From an uncultured virus (IMG/VR IMGVR_UViG_3300045609_000049) (taxonomy: Duplodnaviria > Heunggongvirae > Uroviricota > Caudoviricetes): a DNA stretch of 64,000 nt. The position numbers and the translations under genes were made by a program. The DNA lies in the IMG/VR virus record IMGVR_UViG_3300045609_000049; one strand, 5' to 3'. Position 1 is the stretch's first letter; each line of letters starts with the position of its first letter. Positions 48,433 to 59,483 of the stretch are shown piece by piece. Under the pieces are notes generated by a model. It was not told the DNA's origin. It worked only from the letters and a program-made list of their open reading frames with translations, and ran no database searches.

Positions 48433-48714
48433 TTGATGAGTGTTAGTAAAGTTTTAAGTTATTTAGGTGGGTATTTTAATTCTACTGAATTTGAATTAGA
48501 TCTTCCAAAAGTAGCAGATATTGCTGAATACGAAGAGGAAGAGTTGACAGCTGAATTAGAAGAACTTCAGGTTGTAGGCGATATTAAGTTAGAAGGAAAC
48601 AAAGTCACTTTAATCAATATCGAACCTAAGACTAATAAAAAGTTCAATGACTTATACGCGCCAGTCGAGACAATGGTCTGGGGCAAAGGAATGAAATTAC
48701 AATTAGATAAGTAA
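48433..48714 (+). CDS. Hypothetical protein
   Basis: Promoter motif and RBS. Confidence 0.6.
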   Translation: MMSVSKVLSYLGGYFNSTEFELDLPKVADIAEYEEEELTAELEELQVVGDIKLEGNKVTLINIEPKTNKKFNDLYAPVETMVWGKGMKLQLDK

Positions 48715-48841
48715 GAAAGTGAAAAATGACTAGTTTCGAAAGAGGCTGGTCATTTTTATTTATGAGAAAATTATGCAATAACTATTTACAATTGGCAATT
48801 TTCTTGTTATAATTTATATAAAATAAAGGAGAATTACTAAT

Positions 48842-49363
48842 ATGAATGGAAATTGTCATTTTGTATATGGCGCATCAGTCGGTTCAATGATTGCTCTTAA
48901 CATGAATAATATAGCAACAGTTCTTCCACATATAAGTGCAACACCTGAAATTGCAACACTGTTAGTTATGGGTGGTGTATTAGGTGGTATCTTTCCTGAT
49001 ATTGATAATCCTTCTAGTCATATGGGAAAACTTGCTGCACCTGTATCAACTATAATTGGTGCAATAAATGAAAAGTTAGGTAAGACTGGTGCTAATCATA
49101 GAGGAATTTTACATGATCCTTTGATTTATCTCATAGGATTAGTGCTTTCTTATTTCTTCTTTTTACCATTGATTGGATTCTTTATTGGGTGTCTGTCTCA
49201 TCTATTTTTAGATATGTTCAATCCAAAAGGTATTCCATTTTTCTTGTTCAAGAAAGTTCATTTAGGTAACTTTAAGAGCGGTGAAATTGGAAGTATTGTA
49301 TTTACTTGGGTATGTGTATTCATTTGCATAACTATCGGAGTAATGTGTAAAGTCACATTATAA
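48842..49363 (+). CDS. YdjM-like membrane metal-dependent hydrolase
   Basis: FPDID, HRGILH, SHLFLDMFNPKG. Confidence 0.8.
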   Translation: MNGNCHFVYGASVGSMIALNMNNIATVLPHISATPEIATLLVMGGVLGGIFPDIDNPSSHMGKLAAPVSTIIGAINEKLGKTGANHRGILHDPLIYLIGLVLSYFFFLPLIGFFIGCLSHLFLDMFNPKGIPFFLFKKVHLGNFKSGEIGSIVFTWVCVFICITIGVMCKVTL

Positions 49364-49375
49364 GGAGGTACTTAT

Positions 49376-49750
49376 ATGACACTTTTAGAATATTTGTTGG
49401 AACACTTTAAAATTTGTTGGAAAAAACACGCTACAGCGCCAATTCCTAGGTTTAATGGAGAAAAAATTAACATTTTTAGTTTTAATCACAATACAGAAGA
49501 GCCTCTTCGTGATAAAAATTGTGAGGTGTATATACAAGATGACTATATTATGATAGATTGGTTATGTCAAGAAGAATGGTATTCAGGTCTATGCGGTATG
49601 GAAGATGAACTTACTAGATGGGCGAAGTATTGGGTTAATCAATATAAAAGAGAAATTAGCTCTGATACTGAAATAGAGACTGTACAGATTAAAGTAAAAG
49701 TAGCAGATAGAGATGGATTTAAGCGCGATTCATTTATACTAAAAATTTAG
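49376..49750 (+). CDS. Hypothetical protein
   Basis: ORF with RBS. Confidence 0.6.
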   Translation: MTLLEYLLEHFKICWKKHATAPIPRFNGEKINIFSFNHNTEEPLRDKNCEVYIQDDYIMIDWLCQEEWYSGLCGMEDELTRWAKYWVNQYKREISSDTEIETVQIKVKVADRDGFKRDSFILKI

Positions 49751-49855
49751 GAAGTTCTGACTTTGTTCCTTTTGATAAGAAATACTACTGAGATGTAGAC
49801 GATCTCGATGAAGAAGCCGGAGATTATTATGATGAGCTTAATGTATATGTAAGAT

Positions 49856-50215
49856 ATGTCATTAAGAAGACAGAAAAGGAGACTTAATATGGAATTATAC
49901 GAAAACAAAATGAATGAAGTAGAAGAGACTGTTTTTACTGCTAATGATGTGGATGTGGTTATTAGCTATTGGTGGGATTCACATGGGCGTCGTGTAGAAT
50001 GGTGCGATCCTAATGGTGAATTTAGAGAAGAAATTCATGCTGATTCAGTTAGAATTGTATATAAGGAATGTGATCTTAAGATTTATGGTGGCGACACATA
50101 CCGTCATGCATATTCTGAAGCTATTGTTGATGGTACAGTACTTGATGCGCTTAGCGTAGAATATCGAAAGACTCGTGGTACTATCTACATTGATGCAATT
50201 GTTGGTGCAGGTTAA
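49856..50215 (+). CDS. Hypothetical protein
   Basis: ORF; likely start 49889. Confidence 0.6.
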   Translation: MSLRRQKRRLNMELYENKMNEVEETVFTANDVDVVISYWWDSHGRRVEWCDPNGEFREEIHADSVRIVYKECDLKIYGGDTYRHAYSEAIVDGTVLDALSVEYRKTRGTIYIDAIVGAG

Positions 50216-50312
50216 GGCGGTATTTTAATATGTATGTTATAAGAATGGATGTGAACAATAGCTTATCTAGAAATAGGTAAGCTATTTATTTTACCATAAG
50301 GAGGATTGACAC

Positions 50313-51335
50313 ATGTCTGATGCAAATGTAACGAAAAACATGGAATTATTGCAGAAGTATTTGAATAAATATCAGGCTTGGGGTGCTGATGACAATAAGA
50401 TTGCAGACTTCAAAGAAGCTCAGTCATACTATAGTCAAGCAATAGATACCATGAGCGATTTTAATAGAGTTGAGAATACTGATACAATGACTAAAAGTGC
50501 TATTCTATATACAGGAACATTTATTACTATGAAGGCAGTAAATGGCTTTGAACATGTTATTGCTAGATATAAAGACGAATTCTATAAAGATGCTGCAAAT
50601 AAAGGAAGAGAGTTTAAGATTCCTGATACTGATTCAGATAAGATTGAATCATATGCAAATTTAGCACGAAGCGTCAGAGATTTAGCACCAGAAATGGATC
50701 TATGGTTGAAGAAATTTACTTTAGGTCAAACATATAATATGAAATCTGGAGCTTATCCCGGAGATAGACAGTTCTATGAAGTACCTATTACTGAAAAAGG
50801 ACTTAAGATCTATCACTTAAAAGCCTTAATTGATTATTGTGAAGTTATGATTAAGGGCATTAACATTTTGACTAGTAATAGTTTATCAGAAACATTTAAC
50901 GCAGAAAATATTAACTATTATTTTGAAAGAGGTAGTGGAAAGTTAACATCCTTAAGCATTATGTATGATGGAACATGTAAAGGAAATCCTGATAGTATCG
51001 AAACAAAATATCTTATTCAGTTTTGTACTAGATGTAAGAATATGTTTAAGGACTTTATGTCAGCTATGATACTTGCGGAATATCCTAATCTTGTAATTGA
51101 TGGAATGGATGTACAAGACTTATTTGATGAAATTATTAAGTGTACAAAATATAAGTCAGTCAATATGCTTATCGATTTTGAAGATAATCTTAAGTTAATG
51201 TTTGCAATTGATGAATCTAGAGATCCGGATGATCTTCCAGCTTCGTATAAAATTGTTAGCTGGGCAAGTAGAGCAATGGAAATCGCAAATGCTATGAAAC
51301 TAGATATTTCAGAAGGTGTTTGTAAATCTATGTAA
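50313..51335 (+). CDS. Hypothetical protein
   Basis: 340-aa ORF with leader hairpin and RBS. Confidence 0.7.
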   Translation: MSDANVTKNMELLQKYLNKYQAWGADDNKIADFKEAQSYYSQAIDTMSDFNRVENTDTMTKSAILYTGTFITMKAVNGFEHVIARYKDEFYKDAANKGREFKIPDTDSDKIESYANLARSVRDLAPEMDLWLKKFTLGQTYNMKSGAYPGDRQFYEVPITEKGLKIYHLKALIDYCEVMIKGINILTSNSLSETFNAENINYYFERGSGKLTSLSIMYDGTCKGNPDSIETKYLIQFCTRCKNMFKDFMSAMILAEYPNLVIDGMDVQDLFDEIIKCTKYKSVNMLIDFEDNLKLMFAIDESRDPDDLPASYKIVSWASRAMEIANAMKLDISEGVCKSM

Positions 51336-51583
51336 AAGGAGGTAGAATATGATTCAAGTACGTTATAACTATTTACATTGTATTTAAGTCATGTTATAAT
51401 TATCTCATAATAAAATAAAGGCGAATTACTAATATGAATGGAAATTGTCACAGGAAGGTGATTGTTAAGGTGTATTATGATGCACAAGTAAGAGACGACG
51501 CCCAGGTAAGAGGCAATGCTTGGGTATATACAATGCTGAAGTAACTGGTGACGCAGAAGCGTGAAGCTAAGGAGGTAGTTAAC

Positions 51584-52120
51584 ATGCAAAAATATGAAAT
51601 TATAACCGACCAAGAAGATGAAAACTACAGACACATTAGAGCTCTAACTGATTTTGATATTGTTAAAAAAGGCGACATTGGTGGTAAAATCGACAGCTAT
51701 GACAATTTGTCGCAAGAAGGCAATTGCTGGGTAGGCTACGGTGCTAGAGTATGTGATGACGCTAAAGTATATGGCAATGCTGGAGTTTATGGCCATGCTA
51801 GGATATCTGACAATGCTAAAGTATGTAGCAGTGCGGAAGTATATGACAATGCTGAAGTATTTGGCACTGCTAAAATATATGGCAATGCTGGAGTATTTGG
51901 CTATGCTAAAGTGTGTAATGACGCTAAAGTATGTGACAATGCTTGGGTATATGGCTTTGCTAAAGTATATGGCAATGCTCAAGTGTATGACAATGCTCGA
52001 GTGTATGACGAGGCTGAAGTGTACGGCAACGCTCAAGTGTACGGCAATGCTGGAGTATTTGGCCATGCTAAAATATATGGTAATGCTAATGTGTGCGGTG
52101 ATGCTGAAGTACGAATATAA
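51584..52120 (+). CDS. Hexapeptide-repeat protein
   Basis: IRALTDF...GDIGG...NLSQEGNCWV plus VYGNA repeats. Confidence 0.8.
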   Translation: MQKYEIITDQEDENYRHIRALTDFDIVKKGDIGGKIDSYDNLSQEGNCWVGYGARVCDDAKVYGNAGVYGHARISDNAKVCSSAEVYDNAEVFGTAKIYGNAGVFGYAKVCNDAKVCDNAWVYGFAKVYGNAQVYDNARVYDEAEVYGNAQVYGNAGVFGHAKIYGNANVCGDAEVRI

Positions 52121-52133
52121 GGAGGAAATTAAC

Positions 52134-52508
52134 ATGAAAAAATACGAAATCATAACCGACCAAAATGACGAAAACTACAGTCACATTAGAGCTCTAACTG
52201 ATTTTGGTGACGTAAAAAAGGGTGACATTGGCGGTAAAATCGACAGCTATGACAATTTGTCGCAAGAAGGCAATTGCTGGGTAGGCTACAATGCCGAAGT
52301 ATCTGACAATGCTAAAATACTTGACAATGCTAAAGTGTATGGCAATGCTAAAGTATATGGCAAAGCTCAAGTGTATGACGAGGCTGAAGTGTACGGCAAT
52401 GCTAAAGTATATGACTTTGCTTGGGTATCGGGCAATGCTAAAGTATATGGCAACGCTAAAGTATTTGACGATGCTTATATATCCACTATTCAAGTGTTTA
52501 TTACGTAG
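52134..52508 (+). CDS. Hexapeptide-repeat protein, tandem paralog
   Basis: Near-identical N-terminus to the 51584 gene. Confidence 0.8.
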   Translation: MKKYEIITDQNDENYSHIRALTDFGDVKKGDIGGKIDSYDNLSQEGNCWVGYNAEVSDNAKILDNAKVYGNAKVYGKAQVYDEAEVYGNAKVYDFAWVSGNAKVYGNAKVFDDAYISTIQVFIT

Positions 52509-52624
52509 TTATAGCCTTGTAAATGTTAATTAAGAAGACTAAAATATGTCACTTAAATTCGTCGAGAAAACTATTTACATCATTAAGTTTTCTTTTTATA
52601 ATATAATTGAAAGGAAATTATACA

Positions 52625-53674
52625 ATGTCACTATTAGATAAAATAACTAAACAGAAAGAGTATTATTCAGCTCATCCTGAAGAAGCTAATAAAAGAAAAG
52701 AAGAAGCTGAACGACGTAAAGCTGAAGAACAAGCTAAACGCGAAGCAGATCGCCTAGCGGAAGAAAAACGTCTAAAAGAAGCTAATGCAAAAGAAGTTAA
52801 AAAGTCATCTACTGCAAAGTCTAAACCTGTTAAAATTTCTAAATCTGTTAAACTAGTTAAGGTTGAAATAGAAGTAGAGCCATTACTTACTGAAAAGCAA
52901 GGTATTTATAAGTATATACCAGACCTTTTAGTAGATAAGACTACTGGTGAAAATATTATCTTTGCAGAAGATGAATATGAAGGTTATGGTTTGACTGACC
53001 TTTATACTGAAGATATAATGAAAGAACTTATTGCCTCAAAACAACTAAATTATAGAGTACGAAAGTCTCTTGAACATCAGAAATCTAGAACAAAGAAGAA
53101 TGCTGAGGTTTTCACTCCTAGTTGGATTTGTAAACAGATGATTGACATGTGTGAGCCACCTGAAGATTGGCAAGAGTTTGTTCAGTCTACTTGGCTCGAG
53201 ATTACCTGCGGCGAAGGAGTATTTTTAGTATCTCCTTATGATGCTACTACTGGTGAAGAAATTAAATTAAAAGATAGAATTGGTGTTCTTGATAGAAAAT
53301 TACAGGCTATTAATAAACACATTAAACAAGAAGATTATAAAGATGAGAGATCATATAAAGGGGCTTGGATGCAGTGGGTAATTAAAGCTTATCAAACTAC
53401 TTATGGATATGAATTGCAAGGTGATAATTTATTCATTGCTAGAGTTAATTTATTACAAACTTTCTTTGATTATTTTGAAGATAAATGGGATTATCAGGTA
53501 TCTAATCCTAAAACAATTGAAAAAATAATTGAAATAATTACATATAATATATGGCAGATGGATGGATTAAAAGATGTAATACCAATGACTGACATTCCTG
53601 CTAAGATAATGGATTGGCAAACAAATGAATTTATTGAATTTAGATCTTGTAAGGAGTCTATATGCCTATTATAA
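52625..53674 (+). CDS. Restriction-modification methyltransferase N-half (motifs X and I)
   Basis: AEVFTPSW, LEITCGEG, YGYELQGDN, NIWQMDG; no NPPY. Confidence 0.75.
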   Translation: MSLLDKITKQKEYYSAHPEEANKRKEEAERRKAEEQAKREADRLAEEKRLKEANAKEVKKSSTAKSKPVKISKSVKLVKVEIEVEPLLTEKQGIYKYIPDLLVDKTTGENIIFAEDEYEGYGLTDLYTEDIMKELIASKQLNYRVRKSLEHQKSRTKKNAEVFTPSWICKQMIDMCEPPEDWQEFVQSTWLEITCGEGVFLVSPYDATTGEEIKLKDRIGVLDRKLQAINKHIKQEDYKDERSYKGAWMQWVIKAYQTTYGYELQGDNLFIARVNLLQTFFDYFEDKWDYQVSNPKTIEKIIEIITYNIWQMDGLKDVIPMTDIPAKIMDWQTNEFIEFRSCKESICLL

Positions 53675-53702
53675 ACATAGTTAATAGAAAGGAATCTAGA
53701 AT

Positions 53703-54707
53703 ATGAAATTTTCATATGCAATCGGTAATCCGCCATACCAAGAAAGTCAAAATGGTAATAATACTCAAATTTGGCCAAAATTTATTGAAGAAACTAATAA
53801 AATAACAAGTACTCAATGTATGGTTCATCCTGGTAGATGGGTTATTCCAAAAGATAATATGAAAAAAGTAAGACAAAATTTAATAGATTTAGGATTAGCA
53901 TCTTTTAAATTTTATCCATGTTCTGAAGATGTTTTTAGTGGAGTATCTATAGATGGCGGAATAACTATTACGCGTATAAAACAAGGAAATCATAATATAA
54001 GTTATTATGTAAATAACGATTATAAAGGGGAATATAAAATTACAGATATTATTTTTCCAGGTAGTTATATGGAAGAAGCATATAATAAAGTATTTAATAA
54101 TATTAAAACTAATATGATGAAATATATTATTGGTGAATCTGGTAAATATGGAACCGGTGGTGGATATAATAAATCATTACATAACAATATTTTAAAAGAT
54201 TCATTAAATAATATGAAAAATCCTATTAAAATTTGGGCTTCAAAGGGATTTGGAAAAGGAGAATCTAGATTTAATTGGTATTATATTGAAAAAGAAGAGC
54301 TTATAGATCCACCTGATATTTTTAATACTCGAAAGGTCATGATAGACTCGAAAGGTCATGCTATTGCTCATGGTAAAGGTAACGTAATCAATAATTTACC
54401 TCAAATTTGCGATAAAAATGTATCTGGTAATGCTGTATTTTTTATTATACCTAAAAATGACAGCGAGAGAGAGTTACAGCTTATTAAATCTTTATTTATG
54501 ACTAAAACTGCTCGTTATCTTATGTGTATAACTATGAATAGCTTGCACGTTCGCGGATTTGAAAACATACCTGATTATCTAGAGCTCGCCAAGTTATTAC
54601 CAGAAGATGAGTTATTTACTGATAAGTGGTTTTATAAGACATTTGATTTTAGTAAAGAACTCATTGAAGATATAGAGACTAGAGTCTCACCGAAAGTAGA
54701 AAAGTAG
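53703..54707 (+). CDS. Eco57I-like methyltransferase C-half (motif IV plus specificity region)
   Basis: Starts FSYAIGNPPYQ; HPGRW. Confidence 0.8.
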   Translation: MKFSYAIGNPPYQESQNGNNTQIWPKFIEETNKITSTQCMVHPGRWVIPKDNMKKVRQNLIDLGLASFKFYPCSEDVFSGVSIDGGITITRIKQGNHNISYYVNNDYKGEYKITDIIFPGSYMEEAYNKVFNNIKTNMMKYIIGESGKYGTGGGYNKSLHNNILKDSLNNMKNPIKIWASKGFGKGESRFNWYYIEKEELIDPPDIFNTRKVMIDSKGHAIAHGKGNVINNLPQICDKNVSGNAVFFIIPKNDSERELQLIKSLFMTKTARYLMCITMNSLHVRGFENIPDYLELAKLLPEDELFTDKWFYKTFDFSKELIEDIETRVSPKVEK

Positions 54708-54729
54708 AAAAGTAAAAAGGAGAAAAGAT

Positions 54730-55755
54730 ATGCGTTTTGATTTTTGCATAGGTAATCCGCCGTATCAAGAGCAAAAAGGTGGAACTAAAAATGTTGATAT
54801 ATGGCCAGAATTTGTAAAAGAATCGACTAAGATTGCAGATACATCCTGTATGATTCATCCTGGTAGATGGGTTATTCCTAAAAAATACATGAAAAAGGTA
54901 CAACTATCATTATTATCATTAGGTATGACTAACTTTAATTATTTTCCAAATTCTAATGATGTTTTTGGTAATGTTTCCGTTGACGGCGGTATATCTATTA
55001 CCTTATTTAACTCTGACTCTAATGGAGATACTCATTATAGTATTAGCGGAGAAGATAAAGGTATTTTTAACCCAGATGAAAAAATATTCTCTAATAAGTT
55101 TGAAGAAGAAGCTTATATTAAAGTATTTACCAGTATTAAAACAAATATGGAAGCATATAGATATGGAAGAATGGCTTTTGATGGTGGTCAATATGGCTAT
55201 GATAAAAAGATAAATAGAGATAAAGTATTTGACAAACCTGATGGTATGAGACATCCAATTAAAGTCTGGTGTTCTACTGAATTTGGAAAAGGAGAATCAG
55301 AATACAAATGGAGATATATTGATAAAACAGATTTATTAGATTTTTCTGAAGAAAAATTATTTAGTTCTAAAAAAGTAATGATTGACAGTAAAGGTCATGC
55401 TATTGCACATGGTAAAGGTAACATAATAAATAACTTACCCGTTATTTGTGATAGAGAAACAACTGCTGGCCCTGGAGTATACTGGTTCTTTCCAAAACAT
55501 GAGATAGAGAGAGAGTTACAGCTTATTAAGTCATTGTTTATAACCAAGACAGCACGTTATCTTATGTGCATCACACAAAAGTCATTGTACGTAGCTGGCT
55601 TTGAAAACATACCAGATTATCTTGAGCTGGCTAAACTTTTACCTGAATATGAGTTATTTACAGACAAATGGTTCTATAAGACCTTTGATTTTAGCGACGG
55701 TCTTATAAATGAGATTGAAACTAGAGTTAGTCAAAAAGTAGATAAGGAGGTGTAA
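54730..55755 (+). CDS. Eco57I-like methyltransferase C-half, tandem paralog
   Basis: Starts FDFCIGNPPYQ; shares DSKGHAIAHGKGN and C-terminus with the upstream gene. Confidence 0.8.
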   Translation: MRFDFCIGNPPYQEQKGGTKNVDIWPEFVKESTKIADTSCMIHPGRWVIPKKYMKKVQLSLLSLGMTNFNYFPNSNDVFGNVSVDGGISITLFNSDSNGDTHYSISGEDKGIFNPDEKIFSNKFEEEAYIKVFTSIKTNMEAYRYGRMAFDGGQYGYDKKINRDKVFDKPDGMRHPIKVWCSTEFGKGESEYKWRYIDKTDLLDFSEEKLFSSKKVMIDSKGHAIAHGKGNIINNLPVICDRETTAGPGVYWFFPKHEIERELQLIKSLFITKTARYLMCITQKSLYVAGFENIPDYLELAKLLPEYELFTDKWFYKTFDFSDGLINEIETRVSQKVDKEV

Positions 55756-55758
55756 AGA

Positions 55759-58700
55759 ATGAATATAAAACCTAATAGTGTAATAAGACCTACAATATAT
55801 TGTTACACCACTCCTAACGATAAAGAACATGAGGGATGGTGTAAGATAGGTTACACTGATAGAGATACTGCAGAGCATTGTGTCTACACGCAGACTAGAC
55901 GTTCTGATACTCAAGCAAAATTAGAATGGGAAAGTCAAGCAGTATTTGAGAATGGTTCTTATCAGACATTTATGGACCATGATTTTCATAAGTATCTGAT
56001 TGCTTGTGGAATAGAAAGAAAAGAATCTGTATATGAAGGAAAGAAAGCGCCTGAGTATTTTAAGATTACACCTGAAAAAGCTAGAGAGCTATTATTCCAG
56101 TTCAAATCTCTAGTAGAACCTGCGAAAGCAATTAGTAACGATTATGTCCTTAGAGAAGAACAGGATAGGGCTGTAAATCTTACTATGGACGTAATGTCAA
56201 AAGAAGGTAGACATGAGGTTCTTTTGAATGCTAAGCCAAGATTTGGTAAGACTTTGACTGTATATAATTATTGTCAGCGAGAAAACTTTAAAAGAATCTT
56301 GATTGTTACTAATAGACCTGTAATTGCTACTTCTTGGTATAATGACTATGTCAAGTTCTTAAATACCGACAAATACAGATTTGTAAGTAACTGCGCTGAA
56401 GTCAAGAACAGGCAGTATTGTATTTCTAGAGAAGACTGGGATAAGACTGACAAAGAAGATTATAATCTTATAGAGTTCATTTCTTTGCAGGATTTAAAGG
56501 GTTCAAAGTATTTTGGAGGTCAGTTTAATAAGTTAAAAGAAGTCGCTGATATTGGTTGGGATATACTTGTTATTGATGAATCTCATGAAGGTGTAGAAAC
56601 GTTTAAGTCTGAAATTGCCTTTAAGCATATAAATAGAGAAAGAACTATCTATCTTTCGGGTACACCATTCAAACAGGTTGCTGGAGATAAGTTTGAAAAA
56701 GGTTCTATCTTCAACTGGACCTATGCTGATGAACAAGAGCGTAAAGCGGCTTGGGATTATGATATTGATGATGTCAATCCTTATGAAGAGCTTCCTCAGA
56801 TGAATCTATTTACGTATAGACTTACTGATATGTTCAAGAAGCCTACTGATATGGATGTGGCAGACGTTGATAAGTATTTTGATTTGAATGAGTTCTTTGA
56901 ATGTAATGGTAGAGCTTTTGTAAATAATGAAGACATTGACATTTTCTTAGATAAACTTGCAAATGACCCTCGTTATCCTTTTGCTAATAAAGAGTTCGAT
57001 GGTCTTATCAATCATTCACTTTGGTTATTAGATAGAGTCAACTCTGCAAAGGCTCTAGCAAGAAAACTAAAAGAACATCCCAAGTTCAGTCAATACAAGG
57101 TAATAATTGCTGCTGGAGATGGTAAGATTGATGATGCTGAGAAAGTAGATAAGTCTTTTAATGAGGTTGTAGATGCAATTGCTAAATATGAGAAAACTAT
57201 CACTTTATCAGTTGGTCAGTTAACTACTGGTGTTACAATTCCAGAATGGTCCGCAGTGTTTATGTTATGTAATGTAAAGAGTCCTTCTTTATATATACAG
57301 GCGACATTTAGAGCTCAGAATCCATGTAAGACAAGATTAAGTGATGGTTCTTATATACAGAAAGATAATGCTTATGTATTTGATTTTGACCCTGCTAGAA
57401 CTCTTAACGTAATGGAACAGTATGCAAATAACTTATACACTGACACGGCAGATGGTAAAGGTACAGAAGCTAAGAGATTAGAAAATATTGAACGCTTGAT
57501 TAAGTATTTTCCTATCTATGGTGAAAATGATAATGGTGAATTAGTTGCTTATAATGCTAAAGACGTTGTTACTATTCCATCTAAAATCAAAGCTATTGAA
57601 ATTGTTAAACATGGTTTTATGTCTAACTTTTTATTCCAAAATATTGGTAGACTATTCAATGATAGTCATGCATTAGCGATTTTAGGTAATGTTAAGTCTC
57701 AAGCGCAATATAGACTTACTACTCAGCCTAAATATAATGAAGATGGTAGTAATGAAATAGAGGATGAAGACAAGATTGATGAACAAGCTGAAACTTTACT
57801 GGAAGAAGTAAAAGACGATAGCCTTCAGAGTGACCAGAATGAATTTCAGGAAACTACAAATAAACAGATTATAGATTTTATAACCACAGTAAAAGCTGAT
57901 GCCAGAGAAGAATCTGAGAAACGGGAGAAAGCTCACAATGCCTATATAGACGAAAGAGTTGACAATGCTAAGAAAGTAGTTACTGCAGCCTTAGATAAGT
58001 CAGGCTCGACGATATACAATAAGGCAAAGATAGAAAAAGATGTAACTGACGGCCTTAAAGCAAAACTTACAGAATCACGAATCAATTATGATATTGACTG
58101 TGTAAAACGTAAAGAAGAATATAATAAAGTTATGGGTCAGGCTACTTCTAAAGAAGAAATGAAAGAACTAACTGTAAAACAGGCTCAAGCTGATGCAGAC
58201 GCTGAACTTGAACACATGTTTGAAATGAAGTTAATTGAGAACAACTTCAACAAATCAATTATTTCCGATACTATCAAGGAATCAAAAGAAACTCTACAAG
58301 CTAAAGAAAACAAGAAAGCTGAAAATGAGTTTGCATATCCTAAACTTAGGGCATTCTCAAGAGCTATTCCTTCTTTCTTAATGGCGTATGGTGATGAGAC
58401 AACTACCTGTAAAACATTAGCTAGAGCTATCAATAGCGAAATGTTTAAGGAAATGACTGGTATTGATTTGGCTGACTATGTTTACTTTATAGACCAGGAA
58501 TATTTCAATGAAGCTATTTTCAACTCATCAATTCAAGAATTCTTAAATCTAAAAGATAAACTAAGTAACTACTTTGAGGACACTGAGGAAGATATTTTTG
58601 ACTATATTCCACCTCAGAAAACTAACCAAATCTTTACACCTAAGAAGACTGTTAAAATGATGGTTGACTTCTTAGAACAGAATGACGCTGGTTGTTTTGA

Positions 58701-59010
58701 TGACCCTAATCATACTTTCATTGACCCTTATATGAAATCAGGTCTTTATATTGCTGAAATAGTTACTAGACTTTTCAATAATGAAAATATAAAGAAAGCT
58801 TATCCAGATGATAAAGAAAGACTAAAACATATCTTTGAAAAACAAGTATATGGTTTAGCTCCGACTGAAATTCTTTATAAGATAACAACTAACTTCATAT
58901 TTGGTTTTGATAAAGATGGTAAGTATGATAGAAGTCACTTTGTTCAATTAGATGCTGACCAATATGTCGGCGGTAAGCTAGAAGAAAAACTTACTGAGTT
59001 ATTTGGTTAA
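55759..59010 (+). CDS. Restriction enzyme-like protein: GIY-YIG-like N-domain, SF2 helicase, C-terminal methyltransferase N-half
   Basis: IYCY...KIGYT; KPRFGKT, IDESH, SGTP; C-terminal QIFTP and FIDPYMKSG. Confidence 0.8.
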   Translation: MNIKPNSVIRPTIYCYTTPNDKEHEGWCKIGYTDRDTAEHCVYTQTRRSDTQAKLEWESQAVFENGSYQTFMDHDFHKYLIACGIERKESVYEGKKAPEYFKITPEKARELLFQFKSLVEPAKAISNDYVLREEQDRAVNLTMDVMSKEGRHEVLLNAKPRFGKTLTVYNYCQRENFKRILIVTNRPVIATSWYNDYVKFLNTDKYRFVSNCAEVKNRQYCISREDWDKTDKEDYNLIEFISLQDLKGSKYFGGQFNKLKEVADIGWDILVIDESHEGVETFKSEIAFKHINRERTIYLSGTPFKQVAGDKFEKGSIFNWTYADEQERKAAWDYDIDDVNPYEELPQMNLFTYRLTDMFKKPTDMDVADVDKYFDLNEFFECNGRAFVNNEDIDIFLDKLANDPRYPFANKEFDGLINHSLWLLDRVNSAKALARKLKEHPKFSQYKVIIAAGDGKIDDAEKVDKSFNEVVDAIAKYEKTITLSVGQLTTGVTIPEWSAVFMLCNVKSPSLYIQATFRAQNPCKTRLSDGSYIQKDNAYVFDFDPARTLNVMEQYANNLYTDTADGKGTEAKRLENIERLIKYFPIYGENDNGELVAYNAKDVVTIPSKIKAIEIVKHGFMSNFLFQNIGRLFNDSHALAILGNVKSQAQYRLTTQPKYNEDGSNEIEDEDKIDEQAETLLEEVKDDSLQSDQNEFQETTNKQIIDFITTVKADAREESEKREKAHNAYIDERVDNAKKVVTAALDKSGSTIYNKAKIEKDVTDGLKAKLTESRINYDIDCVKRKEEYNKVMGQATSKEEMKELTVKQAQADADAELEHMFEMKLIENNFNKSIISDTIKESKETLQAKENKKAENEFAYPKLRAFSRAIPSFLMAYGDETTTCKTLARAINSEMFKEMTGIDLADYVYFIDQEYFNEAIFNSSIQEFLNLKDKLSNYFEDTEEDIFDYIPPQKTNQIFTPKKTVKMMVDFLEQNDAGCFDDPNHTFIDPYMKSGLYIAEIVTRLFNNENIKKAYPDDKERLKHIFEKQVYGLAPTEILYKITTNFIFGFDKDGKYDRSHFVQLDADQYVGGKLEEKLTELFG

Positions 59011-59173
59011 ATTTAAGGCTTCTGGTTAAGCTGATTATGATGATAGTAATATTGAAGAATTATTAGATTGTATGTCTAATGAAGATATATTATTATAAGA
59101 TGTATTTTTGTTTAGAAGACGAACTATATGGTATGCATCAGTTTTATAAAAATAAGAATGGAGATGAACAATT

Positions 59174-59473
59174 ATGGGAATATTGAGCGGTCTTAAAGCA
59201 GTCAATTCAGAACATTTTAGATTTGATAATTATGAAAGTAATTGGTGGTATATACTTGATATATCTTATGCTAATTCTATGAGTAAAGAAATTATAAAAC
59301 GATGTATTTTAGATTATGCAATAGGATATTGTGATGGCAGTAGAATAACAGTTAGACCTAATTTAAACTCGTATGCAATATTGTTTGAAAAAGATGGAGA
59401 ACAATTTTGGTTTCATGTAGAAAAATGGTTTATTGAAGAATGTGCAACTAATTTAGAGAATGAAGATTATTAG
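59174..59473 (+). CDS. Hypothetical protein
   Basis: ORF with RBS. Confidence 0.55.
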   Translation: MGILSGLKAVNSEHFRFDNYESNWWYILDISYANSMSKEIIKRCILDYAIGYCDGSRITVRPNLNSYAILFEKDGEQFWFHVEKWFIEECATNLENEDY

Positions 59474-59483
59474 GATGTTAGAT

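Noticed and set aside
19146..52508. Hexapeptide-repeat paralogs as DGR template/variable repeats
   Set aside because: No reverse transcriptase seen and differences are not adenine-specific
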